Positions 59,536-64,000 of a stretch of 64,000 nt of DNA are shown one piece after another; position 1 is the stretch's first letter, and every line of letters begins with the position of its first letter. A model generated the notes under the pieces. It did no database searches. It saw only the letters and a list, made by a program, of their open reading frames with translations, and was not told the origin of the DNA. This DNA is from Clostridia bacterium (GTDB lineage Bacteria; Bacillota; Clostridia; TANB77; CAG-465). The position numbers and the translations under genes were made by a program. Location of the stretch: NCBI GenBank assembly GCA_051886195.1, contig JBJEXW010000005.1, positions 1,360 to 65,359 of the forward strand, in the 5' to 3' direction.

Positions 59536-60258
59536 TTAATTTTCATCTTTTATTATATTTTTTATATTAGTAAATTCTTCTATTGTAACAAATTCATACC
59601 CTAAATTTTTATAATATATAATAATTTCTTGTGCGGCATCAATGCTGCTTTGTAGTATGTCATGCATTAGTATTATATCATTGCCAGAAGTTGTCTTTTT
59701 TATATGCTCTACTGTTGCATTTTTATCTTTATATTTCCAGTCAAGAGAATCTACAGTCCACAAAACATTTTCTAATTTTTCTTCTTTTAAGATGTTTTCA
59801 ACATTATCATTTATTATTCCATAAGGTACTCGTATATATTTGGGCGTATATTCTGTTAATTTTTGAATTACACTTCGAGTTTTATCAATCTGTTCAACTA
59901 CATCTTTATTAGGTATTTTTGTAAAAAATTTATGTGTATAGCTATGAATACAAATTAAGTTTCCATTCTCATATTCTTTTTTTAAAGAGTCAGAATATTT
60001 TTCTGCCTGTTCTCCTAATATAAAAAAAGTTGCATGTACATTATTTTCTTTTAATACATCTAAAAGTTTATTTGTATATTTGCTAGGACCATCATCGAAA
60101 GTAAGTACAAGTAATTTTTTTTCTTTATATAAAGAAATTAAGTACTTTTCTCTTTCAGAATATTCTAAGGTATTTCCTTTAATATATATAAGTGATAAAT
60201 TTAATAAAATTAGTATAAATATAATGATTAATATTTTCTTAGGTTTTATTTTTTTCAT
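59536..60258 (-). CDS. Polysaccharide (peptidoglycan) deacetylase
   Basis: LTFDDGP, HSYTH, RVPYG, DSLDW, ILMHD. Confidence 0.93.
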   Translation of the reverse strand: MKKIKPKKILIIIFILILLNLSLIYIKGNTLEYSEREKYLISLYKEKKLLVLTFDDGPSKYTNKLLDVLKENNVHATFFILGEQAEKYSDSLKKEYENGNLICIHSYTHKFFTKIPNKDVVEQIDKTRSVIQKLTEYTPKYIRVPYGIINDNVENILKEEKLENVLWTVDSLDWKYKDKNATVEHIKKTTSGNDIILMHDILQSSIDAAQEIIIYYKNLGYEFVTIEEFTNIKNIIKDEN

Positions 60259-60362
60259 TTTTTTCCCTCGATATATGTATATGAAAAAGAAAATAATATA
60301 TCCATTATAGTTTGACTTAAAAACTTATGTTTGGTATAATAAACATATTAGAGGTGTAAGAA

Positions 60363-61391
60363 ATGATAGAAGATAGAGTTATATCACCAGAATTAACATA
60401 TGAAGATGAAGAATTTGAAGAGAGAGAAAATGAACTAAGTCTTAGACCAAAAAAATTTTCTGAATATATAGGACAAGATAAAGTAAAAGAAAATTTAAAA
60501 GTATACATTGAAGCAGCTAAAGCAAGAGGAGAAGCTTTAGACCATGTATTACTTTATGGACCACCAGGACTAGGAAAAACTACACTTGCAACTATTATTG
60601 CAAATGAGATGGAAAGCAACATAAAAATTACATCTGGACCAGCTATAGAAAAAGCTGGAGATTTAGCAGCAATTCTTACTAATCTACAAGAAGATGACAT
60701 ATTATTTATAGATGAAATTCATAGACTAAATAAGTCTGTAGAAGAAATACTTTATCCAGCTTTAGAAGATTTTAGTTTAGATATAGTAATAGGTAAGGGA
60801 CCAGCAGCTAAATCCATTAGACTCGATTTGCCTAAATTTACTCTTGTTGGTGCTACAACAAAAGCAGGTTCTCTATCATCACCACTTCGTGACAGATTTG
60901 GAATTATACATAGACTTGAGTTATATACTGAAAAAGAATTAGCAAAAATTATTACAAGAAGTGCAGGTATATTAGGTGTGAAAATAGATGAAGAAGCTTC
61001 TCTAGAAATTGGTTCAAGATGTAGAGGAACTCCAAGAATAGCAAATAGATTATTAAAAAGAGTAAGAGATTTTGCACAAGTAGAAAATAAAGAGTATATT
61101 GATTATGATATAGCCAAACGCGCTTTAGATAGACTTGAAATAGATGAAATTGGCTTGGATAATACAGATAGAATAATGCTTGATGCTGTGATAGAAAAGT
61201 TTAATGGTGGGCCTGTAGGCTTAGATACATTAGCTGCATGTATAGGTGAGGATAAAGATACTATTGAAGATGTTTATGAGCCATATTTAATGCAGATTGG
61301 CTTTTTAACAAGAGGGCCAAGAGGAAGATTAGCTACTCCTCTTGCGTATGAACACTTAGGAAAGGAATATCCTTTAAAAAATAAAAAATAG
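60363..61391 (+). CDS. ruvB: Holliday junction helicase RuvB
   Basis: [36 protein letters not shown]. Confidence 0.98.
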   Translation: MIEDRVISPELTYEDEEFEERENELSLRPKKFSEYIGQDKVKENLKVYIEAAKARGEALDHVLLYGPPGLGKTTLATIIANEMESNIKITSGPAIEKAGDLAAILTNLQEDDILFIDEIHRLNKSVEEILYPALEDFSLDIVIGKGPAAKSIRLDLPKFTLVGATTKAGSLSSPLRDRFGIIHRLELYTEKELAKIITRSAGILGVKIDEEASLEIGSRCRGTPRIANRLLKRVRDFAQVENKEYIDYDIAKRALDRLEIDEIGLDNTDRIMLDAVIEKFNGGPVGLDTLAACIGEDKDTIEDVYEPYLMQIGFLTRGPRGRLATPLAYEHLGKEYPLKNKK

Positions 61392-61403
61392 TGAGGAATT
61401 AGA

Positions 61404-61982
61404 ATGAAAAAGGTATTGATGCATGTGTGTTGTGCACCATGTTTTATAACCATACAAGAAGATATTGAAGAAAATGGAATGTTAATTGACTCAAAAAGAG
61501 AGAAAGTAGATTTAACAGCATATTGGTATAATCCCAATATTCATCCAAAGGCAGAATATGAAAGAAGAAAAGACTCATTTATAAAATTTTGTGATATGAA
61601 AGATGTGAAGAGAGTCATTTCTGACGAATACGACATGAATGGGTTTATTAAAGATGTTGTAGAAAATGTGGGAGAAGGGAAAAAGTGGGATATAAGATGC
61701 AAATATTGTTATTATAGAAGACTTGAAAACGTATTTAAATATGCAAGTGAAAATGGATATGATATTGTATCTACAACACTTACAAGAAGTCCTTTTCAAA
61801 ATCATGATGCAATAAATAATGTTGCACAGATGTTATCTAAAAAATATAATGTAGAATATGTTTATTCAGATTACAGGCATACATATTATGAGGGACAAAA
61901 AAAAGCAAGAGAATATGGTCTTTATATGCAGAAATTTTGTGGTTGTGTCTTTTCATTTGATGCGGGAAAGTGGGTGTATTAA
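61404..61982 (+). CDS. queH: Epoxyqueuosine reductase QueH
   Basis: HVCCAPC, YNPNIHP..EY.RR, RCKYCY..RL, QKFCGC.FS. Confidence 0.9.
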   Translation: MKKVLMHVCCAPCFITIQEDIEENGMLIDSKREKVDLTAYWYNPNIHPKAEYERRKDSFIKFCDMKDVKRVISDEYDMNGFIKDVVENVGEGKKWDIRCKYCYYRRLENVFKYASENGYDIVSTTLTRSPFQNHDAINNVAQMLSKKYNVEYVYSDYRHTYYEGQKKAREYGLYMQKFCGCVFSFDAGKWVY

Positions 61983-61983
61983 A

Positions 61984-62859
61984 ATGAAAACATACTCAAA
62001 GAGTAAGTTAAAATTTAAAAGATTATTCATATTTTTAATCATGCTATTTATAACACTCTTACTTATTGGATTGATTTTACTTTTTGCATTTTGCTTGAAA
62101 GATAAATTTGATATTTCTATAGATACTAATGAAGCAATGAATGTGCCAGATGATGTTGCAGCAAATTCACAACCAATTGTAATAGATAATTTAGTTGTCG
62201 GAGCATTATACAATAATACATGGGTTAGTGCTAGTAAATATTACTTAAAAAGTACTAAAAAATCGGATTTAGATACATATGTATATACTAAAGATTCAAG
62301 GGCTGGTCAATATAAGATTAAAGAAACATATACATATGGTGATAGTGTATTTGTAAATACAAGCTATCCAAACTACATAGATGAATATTTTTCTACTCCA
62401 GTAGATACGTATTCTTTATCTTCACAATTTAGGAAAGTTGATGCAGAAGAAAAAGATTATGAATATGTAAAAAAAGCATTGGGAATATATAGATTATATA
62501 ATAGTAGTATTAATATAAAGAATGTATATTTAGGATATGTTGATATAAATACTCCAATAAGAATAATTTCAGTAACAAGTGCTAATAAAGGTACATTTGG
62601 AGGAATATATAGTGCTATTATAGTTTTAAATTTAGATGACAACAAAGCTAATATACTTCAATATAGCTATACTAAAGATTTAGAAAATAGTTATGATTTT
62701 CCACTATATTCTGTTGAGTTCTTAGCGGATTTTAATGGTGATGGAATTTCTGAAATTGTTACAAGAGAAGTGACTGAATTTAACGTAACATACAATATTT
62801 TTGAATATAAAAAAGATAAATATGTAAAAGTATTATGTGAAACAATGAAAGGAAAATAA
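61984..62859 (+). CDS. Hypothetical membrane-anchored extracellular protein
   Basis: Start 61984 (the track start at 61858 overlaps queH); one TM helix; ADFNGDGISEI FG-GAP-like motif near the C-terminus. Confidence 0.7.
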   Translation: MKTYSKSKLKFKRLFIFLIMLFITLLLIGLILLFAFCLKDKFDISIDTNEAMNVPDDVAANSQPIVIDNLVVGALYNNTWVSASKYYLKSTKKSDLDTYVYTKDSRAGQYKIKETYTYGDSVFVNTSYPNYIDEYFSTPVDTYSLSSQFRKVDAEEKDYEYVKKALGIYRLYNSSINIKNVYLGYVDINTPIRIISVTSANKGTFGGIYSAIIVLNLDDNKANILQYSYTKDLENSYDFPLYSVEFLADFNGDGISEIVTREVTEFNVTYNIFEYKKDKYVKVLCETMKGK

Positions 62860-62880
62860 TTTAATTTAAACTATAAATAA

Positions 62881-62909
62881 TTGACTTTTTAGCATAAAAA
62901 TAGTATAAT
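62881..62909 (+). promoter_or_regulatory. Sigma-A promoter of the thrS leader
   Basis: TTGACT, 17 bp, TATAAT. Confidence 0.8.
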
Positions 62910-62915
62910 TATATC

Positions 62916-63142
62916 ATAACGTTGATGGGACGAGTAAGTTTTAACACTGTTACAAGAGAGAATTGGTCGTGGGCTGGAAGCCAATTTTAATAAGATATTA
63001 CTGAAGACTACCCCGGAGTTAGTAGGAAACTACCGTTGATTTCGTAAAATCATTTAATTAAGTAAAATATTAGGGTGGAACCGTGCAATAGATAAATTTG
63101 TACCCCTATAGGCAATAAAAAGTGCCTGTAGGGGTACATTTT
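62916..63142 (+). ncRNA. T-box riboswitch (Thr)
   Basis: GA motif (GAGTA), AG box, GGCTGGAAGCC, specifier region GAAGACTACCCC (ACU at 63007 or ACC at 63010, both Thr), T-box AGGGTGGAACCGTG (63072-63085), terminator 63099-63142; upstream of thrS. Confidence 0.92.
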
Positions 63143-63266
63143 ATTGAGAAAGTAAAAAGAAGGAGGAAATGGTTCTATGTTAAATATTTTTGAAAAAGTC
63201 ACGAGATGTATTAAATAATTAAAAATATAGTATAATAAAAAATATAATTTAATAGGAGTGATTTTA

Positions 63267-64000
63267 ATGAGTAAATATGTAAATAAAAATAATGAAGTAT
63301 ACGAAGCAGACATGGATTTAAATGTTTTAAGACATACAGCTTCACATATAATGGCACAAGCTATAAAGAGATTATATCCACAAGCTAAGCTTGCAATTGG
63401 ACCTTTTATAGAAAATGGTTTCTATTATGACATAGATGTTGAGCCAAAGTTAGTTGATGCAGATTTGGAAAAAATAGAAGCTGAGATGAAAAAGATAATA
63501 AAAGAAAATTTAAAAGTTGAAGCATTTATATTACCTAGAGATGAAGCAATAAAATTGATGGAAGAAAAAAATGAGCCATATAAAGTAGAATTAATAGAAG
63601 ACTTGCCAGAAGATGAAGAAATATCTTTCTTTAAACAAGGAGAGTTTGTAGATTTGTGTACTGGCCCTCATATGCTATATACAAAATCAGTTAAAGTGTT
63701 TAAACTAATGAATATTACAGGAGCATATTGGAGAGGCGACGAAAAAAATAAAATGCTTCAAAGAATATATGCAACAGCTTTTGATTCAAAAGAAGGACTA
63801 GAAAAATATTTACAAGAATTGGAAGAGGCAAAACAAAGAGATCATAGAAAAATAGGAAAAGACTTAGAATTATTTATGACTCATGAACTTGTTGGTTCTG
63901 GGCTTCCAATGTATCTTCCAAATGGTGCAACTATAAGAAGACAACTTGAAAGATATATTGTAGATAAAGAAGTATCAATGGGATACAAACATGTTTATAC
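63267..64000 (+). CDS. thrS: Threonyl-tRNA synthetase, short form lacking the N-terminal TGS domain (3'-truncated by window)
   Basis: Translated by hand: MSKYVNK...LRHTASHIMAQA...IGPFIENGFYYD...DLCTGPH...GAYWRGD...LQRIY...RDHRKIGK. Absent from the ORF track because the stop lies beyond the window. Confidence 0.96.
   Translation, partial: MSKYVNKNNEVYEADMDLNVLRHTASHIMAQAIKRLYPQAKLAIGPFIENGFYYDIDVEPKLVDADLEKIEAEMKKIIKENLKVEAFILPRDEAIKLMEEKNEPYKVELIEDLPEDEEISFFKQGEFVDLCTGPHMLYTKSVKVFKLMNITGAYWRGDEKNKMLQRIYATAFDSKEGLEKYLQELEEAKQRDHRKIGKDLELFMTHELVGSGLPMYLPNGATIRRQLERYIVDKEVSMGYKHVY

Noticed and set aside
1945-62645. Many short antisense or alternate-frame ORFs in the track (e.g. 1945-2208, 5929-6414, 26607-27119, 50445-50687, 56413-57003)
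   Set aside because: They lie within well-supported genes and look like shadow ORFs, with low-complexity F/L/S/I-rich translations.
63050-63313. Minus-strand 87-aa ORF
   Set aside because: It is antisense to the T-box, its terminator and the thrS start, and has no RBS or recognisable motif.

Overview
A gene-dense, very AT-rich (by eye, under about 30% GC) chromosomal segment of an anaerobic Bacillota, most likely a Clostridia-type organism; the taxonomy is inferred from gene content and style only. Most of it is housekeeping: mntP behind a yybP-ykoY riboswitch, pflBA, glmM, mgtE, a type II fatty-acid synthesis/acetyl-CoA carboxylase cluster with no acpP, apt-mtnN, nrdDG, hisC-pheA, rsmE, ruvB-queH, and a T-box-controlled thrS that runs off the end. 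I found no rRNA, tRNA, CRISPR array, integrase or transposase. The standout is a two-gene operon with its own promoter and terminator at 10143-13185. It encodes a MoaA/viperin-like radical SAM domain fused to a DegT/DnrJ/EryC1/StrS PLP aminotransferase, followed by a tandem double-NUDIX hydrolase. This resembles the oxidise/transaminate/de-pyrophosphorylate logic of 3'-amino-3'-deoxynucleotide synthesis (puromycin Pur10/Pur4/Pur7), so it may make an aminated chain-terminating nucleotide; that function is inference. Other points of interest: a near-identical 21-bp motif just upstream of the -35 of both mgtE and that operon, a terminator-containing mgtE leader too short for an M-box, a stand-alone RNA polymerase alpha-CTD-like protein ending the fab operon, a palindrome at a class II activator position upstream of nrdD beside a divergent Crp/Fnr gene, an ORFan cluster at 16-19.6 kb, and a thioester-domain adhesin with an atypical sorting motif. 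All family assignments come from motif recognition, not database searches.
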